DNA of 64,000 bases from Setoptus koraiensis. Lineage: Eukaryota > Animalia > Arthropoda. Within the stretch, counting starts at the first letter, position 1; each line of letters starts with the position of its first letter. The translations under genes and the position numbers were made by a program. The notes beneath the pieces were generated by a model. That model was not told the DNA's origin and did no database searches. It worked only from the letters and a program-made list of their open reading frames with translations. The stretch spans positions 8,370,001 to 8,434,000 of the forward strand of contig CM106585.1 in assembly GCA_048013815.1 (NCBI GenBank), given 5' to 3'. This document shows, in pieces, positions 1 to 11,991 of the stretch.

Positions 1-420
1 TAAGCTCTCAATTGTGTGCTAAGCCGTCGTTAAGATCATGGCGAGAGATTAGTTTGTTCGTCGTGATTAATTAACACAAATCGTCATCTGTCAGCGAGTG
101 TCAGCTGTTAAATTATGGCCATAACATAACATGCCCATTACATACATTACTAGTACATGTTACATTATATAATACATAATATGTAAGCAGCCAATTGACA
201 GATAGTGGCAGTTATGAGAAGCGTCTGCACTTGTTCCAATCAGCTGCTAATTGGGCAAGCGCCAACAGGCACAAGTCGAGCATGACAGTCCGATGACAGT
301 CAACAAACGACGACAAACACATACAACAACAACAACAACAACAAACGAACCAATTGTGCAACAGCGTCGAGCGCGTGCTCCGGCCAGCAGCGGCACAAAT
401 ATCCGATTTGCCGACAGCGA

Positions 421-976
421 CTATCGGCAGACAAAAAACATACAAGAAAACACAGATAACGCGATGGACATGAAACAAAAAACTGACAACTGTTTGCCTA
501 TTGTCACTATTGCATGGGTGGCGGCGACACTTTCAATCGGGGCCAGATCACTGACAGAATAATTTAGATATGGGTCAAAAATGGTGCTGTCAATGGGGCA
601 CGAAAGCTGGCCCGACGAGACGAGTATCGGACAGCAGAAACAGGCCCACGGATAAGAGCCACAACAGTAGGTCAAAATCAAAACGGGCCCGGCAACAGGA
701 AGCTTGTGAGGCCGACAAGTTGCAGTCGGGCCGACAGAGGGGCCAGCGCAAAGAACAAATGGACACTCGGTTGTTGAAGGAATCGCCAGAAGAGGCGCGT
801 CGTCGATTGATTGCGGACGCCGCGCTCACCGGGGCCGTCATTCGTGGCAGCAAATCGCCGGCGGCAGCGGACAGCGCCACCAACGAATCGTTTCCGCCGC
901 CCGAATTGCTAGAATCAAGCCGCTCGGACTCGCATGGTTTGACGCCCAAATCCGCGCCCTCTTCCGGCCCGTTCGA
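421..976 (-). other. Candidate additional terminal exons of the Skeletor-like gene (976-830 and 606-421) encoding a spacer and hydrophobic GPI/TM-like tail
   Basis: TAG|TCG acceptor at 977/976, strong CCG|GTGAGC donor at 830/829, and CCAG| acceptor at 607/606, all phase 0. The final exon ends ...KQLSVFCFMSIALSVFSCMFFVCR*. The link to the main exon is not resolved. Confidence 0.3.
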
Positions 977-1240
977 CTACCGTTGAGCGGGCTTGAGTGG
1001 GCGTCGTTGATTTATTACATTTGCATCATTTTGCATCATTTGTGGTCGACAACAAGTCATCAATGGCAACACACACACACTGATTGGCAATTAGTTAATT
1101 ATGGGCCACTGATCACCAATCGACCAATCAACCAATTACCAATCACCAATTACCGGTCAACAATCAACAGCTGACATTGAGGCAATCGATCAGCCATTAT
1201 TGACGCGACTGATCGATGTGGACTGGCCCGAATTCGGACG

Positions 1241-1380
1241 TGAATTTGGATGCGGATTCGAATGCGGATTTGAATGTGGATTTGATTGTGAATTTGTTGG
1301 TGAATTTGTTGGTGAATTTGCTGGTGAATTTGCTGGCGAATTTGCTGGTGAATTTGCTGGTGAATTTGCTGGTGAATTTG
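1241..1380. repeat. Degenerate 12-bp minisatellite (GAATTTGCTGGT-like, about 11 units)
   Basis: Directly visible tandem units gaatttgctggt/gaatttgttggt/gaatgcggattt. Confidence 0.9.
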
Positions 1381-1411
1381 AACTAGTGTTGAATTGTATC
1401 AGTTGCGTAAA

Positions 1412-4400
1412 TCAATTGTTTGCCGGCTGCTCGTCGCTGACCAGTATCTTCCAGCCCATGTTGCGCTGCGTCCAACTCTGATAATAAACGACGTCCGGCG
1501 TGCTCACGTTGGGCGTCCACTGCAAAATGCCCGCCTGGCCGGCCAGACAGGTGTAATTGAGACTGGACCGGAACTGGGCAAACGATTGGTGTGTGTCCGC
1601 TTTTCTAATGTCGTTGATGTTGTTGGGCAGCCACGAGCACAGTCGGCCCACGCCCGTGGGCACCGGCTTGCCCACGGGCCCGTGCTGTTTGCTCGGCTCA
1701 AACTCAATGCCCGCAAATATTTTCTGTTGGCGCCGTTGTGTCACATTCTGCAAATAATATCCGCCATACGGATCGTCCGTTATGTACAACGGATGATAGA
1801 ACCGGTAAGACTGGTCAAATGTTTGTCCGCCCTCCACCCTAAATGTGTACGTTTTGCCCCGTTGAACGTGCAAAATGGGCGCTATCAATCCGTTTATGTA
1901 CCACACCAGACCCGCCGATCCGTGGCCGGTCATTTTCAGGTAGCCCTTGGTGACGCCAGGATGACCCAAGCGAGCATAAAAGGTTGTCGCTGTCTTGTTC
2001 AGCACATTCAACAATCCCCAAGGTGCGGCCCCAGTTGGCACCGCACCTGGTTGCTGCTCTTGGCCGCTTGCCGCACCGGAAGTGGCGCCAGCCAACAACG
2101 ACTGAGCGCCGCCGCCGCCGCCGCCAATTGCCGCTGACCCAATCATTGGGGCGCCCGTTAATGAGGCTATTTGTTGCCTGGTGAAGCCAATGTCGTTGTT
2201 GTTGTTTGTGTTGAGCGATGTTTGCGCCACCTTAAATTGGAAGCAATTTTTCGCTATTTTGCGAACAAAATCCAGCTTAACATTGCCCTTTGAGTACATG
2301 TGATGATAGCGGGGCTCCTTGAATTTGTTCAATTTGCCCACTGCCCACACTATGTAAGTGGAGCCCGTTGTCTTGAACAGGCGATCGCCCTCGTCGCCTG
2401 CGTTGTTTGCGTTTGCCAGTTAATTGTTGGTTTCGGTTTTGATTTTAATTTTAATTTTGATTTCAATTGCGTCGCAACCAGCGGATGATGGCGGCATAAA
2501 TAGTGATGGCGCAACAATCCAATATCGCAATTATTGCACAATATTACACAATATTGCATTGCATAATGTTGGGCATTGCATAATACGTTACGTGTTGCAT
2601 AATACGTTACGTGTTGGGGTGAGCGAAGGCCAGTCGACCAAGAGCGACGAGGAGAAGAAGAGCGACAAGAAGAAGAACAGTTAACACGCCATTGGCTCAT
2701 TTAAATTTAAAGAGAGATTATCGCAGAATTATCACTGCTCAGTTGGCCAGTTGGCCAGTTGGCCAGTTGGCGAGCGCAAACAAGCAAAGAGCAGCAGTCA
2801 GCTCACCTGTATTGATGAGATTCCTTCGGAATGTTATTTTGGTTAGTCCGTCCTCTCGTGTGAACGTATGAACTTGATAGTTTTCCACTCCGCCCGTTCT
2901 GACGTCGGGGCAGACACCTTTGAATTCGTTGTTGTGCAGATTAACGCACTGAGTGTGTTGTGTTAATTGCAACAAATGAAACGAAACACAAGATAATGAG
3001 AATTTTCGTTTGTTTGTCTATTGCAAATTTACAAATTTTCGGATTTCCAGATTTCAGATTTACAGATTTACAAATTTTGTGTGCCGTGCACAAATTTGCA
3101 AAGTGGCCGAGGAGCTCGCTAGGTGACCTAGGGCACATGAACTGTCGGCAACAGGTTTGCATTGGTCGCACCGATAACACTTGCCAAGCTGGCTAATGTT
3201 GTGTAGGCACGCCACACAAATTAGATATTATCAAACGGCTGATAGACAACTTTTATCGGCTACTTTTATCCAATCGCGCGGGGATATCGCGGCCTGACGC
3301 AACAACTTACCGGATGCCTGTCCGTTATGTTGTAGTCGAAGGTGTAACCCAGGTGCCTGTCGATGTACGAAATGGCAACATCCGAGCCAATCATCTGAGA
3401 GGAATTATCCGCGCCGCTAATGCCAAATCCAATGTAATCGTCGCTGTCTATTTTGGCCACCAGCTCAAACGTAATCTGCGGCCCGAACACCTCCCAATTG
3501 ACCTGTATGTTTCTGTGCAATTGTTCGCACTGCGGCAACCGCGACTCGTATTTCTGCACAAACAGCGATACAAACACACAGTCAGTTTATTATCCGGATA
3601 AAATATATTTATAAACATATACAAACAATAGTTAACATTATTTACAAACTCACCACAATGGACACCAGGGCCGGCGGCACGCTCAGCTGTGAGGGTATTG
3701 TGACGCTGCCAAAGTTGTCCTGGAGCACAATGTCGTAAATGGAGAGCCAGTCGATGTCGAAAATGGTTAAATTGCCCGGCAGTTCGAGCACTATGTCCTC
3801 GCCGTTATAGGCGCCCAATCGTTCCAGGCTGGACCATCGATCACAATATGTATTATTAATGAATTATTATACACGACAAACAATTAATCAGGGCCAACAA
3901 TTACAGTTGCGCCAATTACACTGCGCCAATTAAATTGTGTTATTAAATGGAATACTCACGCGCCCGTCTCGTCGGGTATCTTGTGGCCGGTGGGGTTGGG
4001 CTGGGGACCGATGCCCGCGTAAAAGTAGGCATTTTCGCTCAGTCCGTCGTAGTAAAGCTGCTGAATTGTTATAGTTCGCGAATTCAAAATAGTCACACTC
4101 TCGCTTCTGACCTCGTGCGACAAACGCGAAAATTCCGATATCCGCTTGGGCGTGGGCGGCTCAAAGCCCTCGGGCACTATAATATCGCCCAGATTTTTAC
4201 TACTACGGATGTCCCAAATGGCCAGCCACTTTATTGAGGTGATCTTGCGATCGTCTGGCATCTTAATTGTTATATCACGATTGGTGTAACGCTGCAATTT
4301 GTTTGTGCGTCCATCTTCGCTAGGTATTATGAATCCCTTGTTGCTGGGCCTAATAGATGAGCCGGCCCAAAAGAAGGCGTCCTGCGACAGGCCATCATAG

Positions 4401-4662
4401 AAGAAATTTTTTATCAAGAACGTGTACTCGTCAACAGTGTAAACGTCCCCGTTTACCTGATGAGAATAAGAATTGAACTTGCCCAAATACACGCCTTGGT
4501 AATCATCACAATTTGTCAGGTTGTCATTGTTCAATGTTATCAGTAGCAAGCAAACAACAACTGTTAACTGTGCTCTGGGCGAGATCACTGCTCCCGAACT
4601 ATAACTAGATTTACATTGCTGGGAGATAAATAAAATCAACGATATTATACCTATGTTACCAT
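1412..4662 (-). CDS. Skeletor: Skeletor/Knickkopf-family protein (2x DM13 + DOMON + C-terminal domain), about 735 aa, multi-exon
   Basis: DM13 motifs (FFYDGLSQDAFFWAG; LYYDGLSENAYFYAG; IDWLSIYD), DOMON (IGFGISG..QMIGSDVAI), C-terminal YHPLYITDDPYGGY...TPDVVYYQSWTQRNMGWKI. Manually inferred GT-AG exons 4618-3960, 3828-3654, 3553-3311, 2948-2807, 2397-1412 keep the frame. The first exon is uncertain (ATG at 4662-4660 or exon 5424-5293). Confidence 0.85.
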
Positions 4663-6599
4663 TGGTTTTTGGTGGTTAAATTACATCTCTAGTGGTTAAA
4701 TGAGTTAGAATGAGAGTTAGAATGGTGATAATGAACAATTGCGTTTCAATTTTCGATTGGCGCCATCTAATTTGCGATTCACAAAGTGATAGAATTGCTC
4801 ACTGTTGGCGCCAATCGCAATTAGCCAAATGTTACATCATTTATGTACATTATGTAACAAGTTGTGAGTTGTGATGCAATGGTCTGCAATTTTCAAAGAA
4901 GAAAGAAAGCCAGTCCGAAATGCACAGTCTAGATGGGCATGCGACAATCTTTCTCGTGATCAGGCTATAGGTGACCGCGATAATACCCTTTGTATCATAT
5001 GATACAATTGCTACAAACCATCGTACATTTGAATTTAAATTCATTCGACGTGAATCTGATACTAGTGCATGACACAGTTCACAGGTGAATATTGATTGGC
5101 AGTGTTTAGCTGCTATTTTGTGCAATTTTGGCTAGCGAATCGCCAGTGGCGATCGTGTGCCCAAATGGTACAGATCTCGAAGGGGCAGCTTTGTTCTCAA
5201 GATCAAATATTCTTCATATCGATATCAGAGAAAGTTTGTGTGTGCAAATATTGCAAGCAGACATTCGAATGAACAGAAGCCACAATACTTACTCCTTGAT
5301 TTTGATTTTTTTCCACCAACGTATTACCTATTGCATCATTAGTTGTGTTGTCATTATTATTTGGGTCTAGTTGTTGCTTTTGGCCACTTGTTGTTGTTGT
5401 TGTTGTCGCGTGCCTTGAATCCATAAATGGGTGAGTGAGTGTTATGTCTATTGGCGGCCAAACAAATATTAGACTGACGAATGTTGTTGTCACTGTGTTA
5501 ACTTTTTACCTTGATATCTTTATTACGATGTATAGTACACATTACAGGTAACAACACATAATAGTAATAATAATAATAATGAGTAGTTGATAGTGATACA
5601 CGCACACATTCAATGTTGATTGAGTTGGCTGCAAAACAAATATCTACGCAAGCAAGATATTGTTTAGATATTGTTGCTGTTATTACTTTCGTTTGCTCTG
5701 ATGACCGTGATTAGCGACTGTATTGTTTAGTTGAGCAAATGTTCTAAAGCAAATATTCTCGTTAGCGTTCTCGACTCGATTAGTGGGCACGCAAGCATGA
5801 GAGAGAGTTGACACCAGAGTGAGAAACCGTTTCTCGCCATTTATTCTCGCCGTTTATTCTCTTCGTTTACTCTCCACTTACTCTCCATTTATGCGCTCTC
5901 TGGACTCTTGGAAATAGATTAAAAAGAAGATGATGATCCAGATAAGAAGGCGGAGATGGACCAGAGTATCTAGGTCACTTAGATGTGCTGCTGGAGGTCA
6001 TGGCATAATGTTGAGTACATAACAAGTTTGACCATCTCTCCGTCTCTCCGACTCTGGTGATCGTGAACGCTACACAGCACTTGCGGTGCAGCAACCTGTC
6101 GAAAGTGTGCTCAAACAGATGAACATATAAACATATAAATATTATTATGTTATTATCTATTTATGTTCATGACATGAACTTGATGTGTATAAACATATAC
6201 AAACATTCGGACAACCACAGCCATTTGGATGAACAACGAAATATTGTTATCAATTAGCTTGTTATTACTATTATTATTATTATTATTGTGGCCTCGTGAC
6301 GATCGTGACCACCTTCAATTGCCACCTTCATATTTTACAAGCATATTCTCTCGCAACAATGGATAAAATAAATCTGGAGCACATGATTGCCGCAACAACA
6401 GGCACAACCATGCCGACAGCTGACCGACGAGACGCGTTCTGTCCAGTCGTATCAACAAGTGATTATATTATTAGGATATCGATTGATTGATTGATTGATT
6501 AATTTGTTTGTTTATTATTTAACGTTATTCACCATGGCGCACAAAGGTCCGGGAGTCAACAATTAATTCTCACCTACAAATCTATTACTACCTTATTGA

Positions 6600-7882
6600 T
6601 CAGTAGTCGCTGTTGACCTCTTTCCAGTCCAATTTGACCACTTCGCCCGTTCTGGCCGAATGCTCGCAAGCATCAACGATCTGGCACAATGCTATCACTG
6701 TATGGGCCTTGACTGGATTCAAAACAGGAAAACCTATTGTTGGACACGATATTAGAGGACGCAAGAGAGGAGCATTAGAAATCAATGTCAAATTGGTCGC
6801 CAGATATGTATTATCGCATAGATATAGTCAGGTTACGTACCCTCGATGTGGTTCAGCAGGTCTACAACTTCATTTTGATAGCCCTCGTAGTAACGGGAAG
6901 GAAACGAAAATTTCAAACAGGCTGTCTTAATGCCGGTGGCATCGTGCTGTTCGCCCGCTGTTGCTTTGTCCTCGTCTAATTTAAGCATTCCTTTCTCGCC
7001 GAAAACCTCAATTCTTTGATCGTAACCATAAGACGATTTACGCGATATGTCGATGAGGCCAAGAGCGCCGGATTTAAATTTCAGAGATATTACACAAGTG
7101 TCAAAGTCGTCTAGAGCCTTGTAGTCCTCCATGTAACAATGGCCGAATGCGTGCACCTCAGTTGGCAACTCTTGTATCATCCACACTATGAGATCGACAT
7201 CGTGAACGACGCAATCATGAAATATTCCACCACTAATCTTGATGTAATCAATGCCGGGCGTTGGGCTGTCTCTACTGCAGGATTTGATCACTCTAACTGG
7301 GCCCACTTCGCCGTTTCTCACTTGTGCCTGTATTTGTCTGAACGATGGATCATAACGTCTATTGAAGGCACAAATTAATGCAAGTTTTCTATCGGCAGCT
7401 ATCTGGTAAAGCTCTCTCACATTTTCCAATTTAATAGCCAACGGTTTCTCGCAAAGAACATGCTTATTGGCCAGCAGAGAAGGCTTAGCATAAATTTCGT
7501 GAGTGAATGTTGGTGTTGCAATGACACAAGCCTCTACGGCCTTATCATCCAGGACAGGTTGGATATCTTCCTGATTCTTAATCTGAATTAATGTGACGTT
7601 TTTCGGATCTAGGAAATATCTTTGTTGTGCAAAGGCTAATCTCTTCGGGTCGCTATCTACGATGTACAACAATTTAACTCTGGGCTCTCTTATCAAATTG
7701 TGTAGATGAATTGTACCCATACGGCCCAAACCGAACAGAGCCACGCCAACTTGACGCGACCCATGCTGACTAGGAGTGTGCTTGAGATGAAAATCATTTT
7801 TCATAGCTCTCCATAGTTCGTCGAAGTTTTCCGAATTCGGCTCTGGCACTATAGGCTCCGCTCTGATGTTAAAATTAGCCAT
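6600..7882 (-). CDS. Gfo/Idh/MocA-family oxidoreductase, myo-inositol 2-dehydrogenase-like, about 391 aa, 2 exons
   Basis: Rossmann motif VALFGLGRMG, HVLCEKP, AFNRRYDP, GGIFHDCVVHD, YGYDQRIEVFG. Exons 7882-6841 and 6733-6600; the 107-bp phase-1 intron (GTACGT...ATAG) restores the C-terminal helix DACEHSARTGEVV. Confidence 0.9.
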
Positions 7883-10436
7883 TGTTGGTTGTCAATTGGT
7901 TTTTTCTTACTTGTTGACTATTTGTTTTGCTACTAATTTAAATTGATTTTTAGTCTCACCCGTCGATATATTCAACTCGTTGAAGATTGAAAAACAAAAC
8001 AAATGATTCGACAATTGCGCTCCATTCATTTAAATACTGACTGATAACGATTGAATTGACATTGAAATCAGATAACAACTGAACTGCTCATAATAGAAAG
8101 TGATACGTGTGAAGTACGATAAAGAGTTTTTGCCAGATCGACTACAGAGTCAGTCATTTGTTGCATAGACAGTGGCAGTGATTTATATTTGAGATATGTA
8201 CGAAGTGAATTTTTCAACATTGTGTCAGTATATCGAATAGAATGACGGAAACAGTAAAGTCATCAAGTCGTCAAGTAGTCGCTATGAAAGAGCTTGTTAC
8301 AACAGATAGAGAAAATAGATACAGATAGTTTGGTTTGTTTATTTGCAAACTCTCAGATGATTGCGTTAGAGGGAGAATGTACGTAGTTTGAGTGATATTT
8401 TAAACAACTGGCTAAACAATCGCTAATAATCATGAGATTAGTAGACGATTTCACAATAATTATAATAACTATTACGTGCGATAGATCAGTAGCTAATAGT
8501 AATGATAGACAGATAAGTTTGTTCCTCGTTGTAAGCACTTGATTGACGACGACAGCCAGACAATAAATTAATCAATCAATAAATTAGCCAATCGATCAAT
8601 TGATCAAATTAATTCAATCAACAATAATCTATCGACGACGATCATTGGCTCGTTCAAACATTGCACAATAGCATATTTCGGGATGTGTAGATTATTGCGC
8701 AATGTCATCATCGATAAGGCTTCTCGTTATTTGTCCGCAAAAATGTCGATCGGTTCATTAGCTCATTAGGTCCTGTTAAACACTCTACTACACACTACAG
8801 ATACTAGTAGATAACATACGATTATTGGTATACATTGTAGATAACATCGTCAGATTTACTTCGCCTGGTCTGCTGCTAGTTAGACGCCAACAAGACAATA
8901 ACTAGATGATCTGTCCCTTGATTGATGGTTGATACTGGCAAGCTGATACTCAACTCACTGACTGTAGGACAGAACAGGATAAAAAAAAATTTGAGCATAG
9001 TTTGAGTGCACCATTGGCAGTGCATAATTTTTTATATCTATTTGAATTTATATTTTCTCGTGAGTAATGTTGTGGTCAAAGAATGACAAGAGTAGTGGAC
9101 AAATATTGTCACATCGACCGATAGCTGCGACGCAAACAATCGCTAGATTATTGTCACATCGCCATAATTATAGTCACTCCAGTGTCATTGGTACTGGGGT
9201 GCAACTTGAAGCATCACACTCTGATGATCAGAGAATCGGCGCTGGCAGAAGAGAAACAAACGAAAAAGTTGCATTTATTACTGGCATGCAGCAGATCATT
9301 GGTGCATGCGGATAATGATGCCCAACAATGCCCAATAATTGGCCGCATTATTATTATCCGCGTTATTGGGCCGACGCAACGAACGCGTTACGCGTCAACC
9401 TTGATTTCGGTCGATTCTCTCACAAGTCGGCTCGATTTGTTCCAGAGACTGGGTGTGTTGAGAATTCGATTGATTTTTTAACAATTTTCTGATAGCTTGC
9501 GAGCACGCAATACAAGCAACAAGCTGGCAAGATGCATGTTAGTTGGTGGGTGTTCACTTGATGCCCATTGTCGATCTCATCATATCCATCTTGTATATTA
9601 TAGAGTGTATTCTGTATTCTATTTGATATTCAATGATTCTTCAATGTTGAACCACAATATCCATTGAAACATTGAGGAATATGGCAGACGAGGCGAGTGT
9701 GGCTAGCAAGGGTATTAGTAAACGATATGACTAGACAATAGACAGGACTAAGAGATAAACACAAACGGCGCCATGATTATACAGCCAGATACAGCGAGAT
9801 AGTGCAATTAGATAAACGTGACTCACGACAGCGCGATATCTATCGCATGGCCAACGGTGGCGACGACGCCAAGCGAGATAAGCTCCATCTAGCCAGACTG
9901 TATACAGCGATACATTAGATTTGTACATGTATGTGTTTGGCTGGATGTATAGCAGGCTCTTTTGAGGGAACAACAACGATGAAAAGACTCAATCATGGCA
10001 ACAAATATGAATACTAACAATACGTATTATTGCTACCATTAAGCAACCAACCAAATAATAGCTTGATCGGTCTCTGGCTTACACAATATTATACCATTAC
10101 TGCATTAATATATCTATAATGGGTAGTGATAAGTTTGCGCAATTGGGACCGGATTGGATATAAATAAGTATATAATAAATATTGTATATATTGCCTATAC
10201 AAATATCGCTTGCCAACGGTTGATTGCTGCGGGCTGATTGACAAGATTGTGAGCTAGAGTAACGGCCACCAGCCTTGATGCAACTCGTTGATGCACTTCG
10301 TTAATACAGGTGTAATCGATTTGTCAAAAGTCAATCTTGCTTGTGGTCAATCTTATCTGTTGTGGCAAAACTGTTTACCTGTGCGCCGTAACAACAACTG
10401 TTGTTGTTTCTGTGTAGCACAACAAAGGGACAAGCA

Positions 10437-10612
<176 letters not shown>

Positions 10613-10700
10613 GGCTCGTTGTGCCGCATAGAGGAAACGAACTGCTCGCTAGCGGCCAGTCGCTTAATTACTGTGACCGCTCGCATTCATCTCACATACC

Positions 10701-10777
10701 TGTTGTTGTTGTTGTTGTTGTTGTTGTTGCTGCTGCTGTTATTGCTGCTGTTGTTGTTGTTGTTGTTGCTGTTGCCG
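10701..10777. repeat. Composite (TTG)n microsatellite, inverted relative to 10441-10485
   Basis: 10709-10753 is the exact reverse complement of 10441-10485, including the interruptions. Confidence 0.9.
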
Positions 10778-11911
10778 TTTGGTTGTATATACTTTATATA
10801 TTGTTGCAACCACACAAAACCAATTCGATCATCTTTTGTGGAGTGCGGTTTGAACTTGTTGTTGAGCTGTCCGTTTGCTTGTTCGCAATGTTTGTACGCC
10901 AACAACATTGCGGACAAACAACAAACTCTGTCTGACCACTATCCCATTTCGGCCACTAACCCAAACCGATGCCAGCGATAATTGTGCAGTCTTGTCAAAC
11001 AACAACACAGTGTAGACAAGCAAAGATTGTTTGAGCAATGCGATTCGTTGATACACTTGCTGACCGAATGGGTGCTGTTGGCGCAACAGTGTTGCGCCCG
11101 CTTTGCTACCCACAAGAGTGCAAAAGTGCGCAAGAGAGGGCGCTTAGGTGTTTCAGGGAAATATTTTGGATAAATGAAAGCTCACAACTAACCGACTAGC
11201 TAACGCGACACAACTAACGCCCCCACTTTCAACAGGTGCCCTTCGTGCAACTTTGTTGTTGTTAGTAGCGCCAACTTACAGCTGTTAGTACTACTAACTT
11301 ACTTGTTAGTAGGTTGTTGTTGGTGTTGGTGTTGGTGGGCTAACAATGTTAGCAATGATACGATTGTGTGATATTTCATTTTATATTTTCACCAATGTGA
11401 ATTGGCTGGTCGTGCATGGGTGTCTGGCAATGCAGAGCAAGCTAGCTGAATCCCAAAGTTGAAGTGGCGCGTTGATAATCGTTGAGCAGGCAAACTGTCC
11501 TTGGCGGCGCTATCCAAATAGAGAGTTTCTCACTTCGGTGTCACCTTGACACTCGCTTCAGCCTGCACTGTCATGTATCCATGTGTATAATGTGTATGTT
11601 GGGTATACTGGGTATTGGGTATATTGTGTGTACATTGTGTGAGCGAGAGAAGGCTCGAGAAATTGTTTGCTCGCTTCTTTTGGGCCATTCTTTTGGGTGA
11701 ATCGAGTCGAACAGCAAGACACAGGCATTGTGTTGCATCAATTTGCAGCACTATTAAGTTATTGTATTGCTATCAAGTTGATAGTGCTATCGAGTTGAGT
11801 GTTGGCGTTCACTTGGCATGCTCATTACATATCTGGCCGGCTCTGCTAATTAAGGCCGGTCTCACTAATTAAGGCTCACAGTGTGCCACTCATGACGACA
11901 AAACAAAGCCC

Positions 11912-11991
11912 CTCGCCAGCTCACCAGCTCACAAACTCACCAGCTCACCGGCTCAAAAACTCACAAGCTCAAAAACTCACAAGCTCGAAAG
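11912..11991. repeat. Degenerate 8-bp tandem repeat (CTCACCAG/CTCACAAG/CTCAAAAA), 10 units
   Basis: Directly visible periodicity. Confidence 0.8.

Noticed and set aside
6600-7882. Recent bacterial horizontal transfer of the IolG-like gene
   Set aside because: It has a spliceosomal intron, host-like composition and an N-terminal extension, and similar genes are known in other arthropods. Not supportable without a phylogeny.
9805-9890. Exon-like segment on the minus strand (MELISLGVVATVGHAIDIAL, AG..GTGAGT flanks)
   Set aside because: Single short candidate exon with no convincing partner exons or homology.
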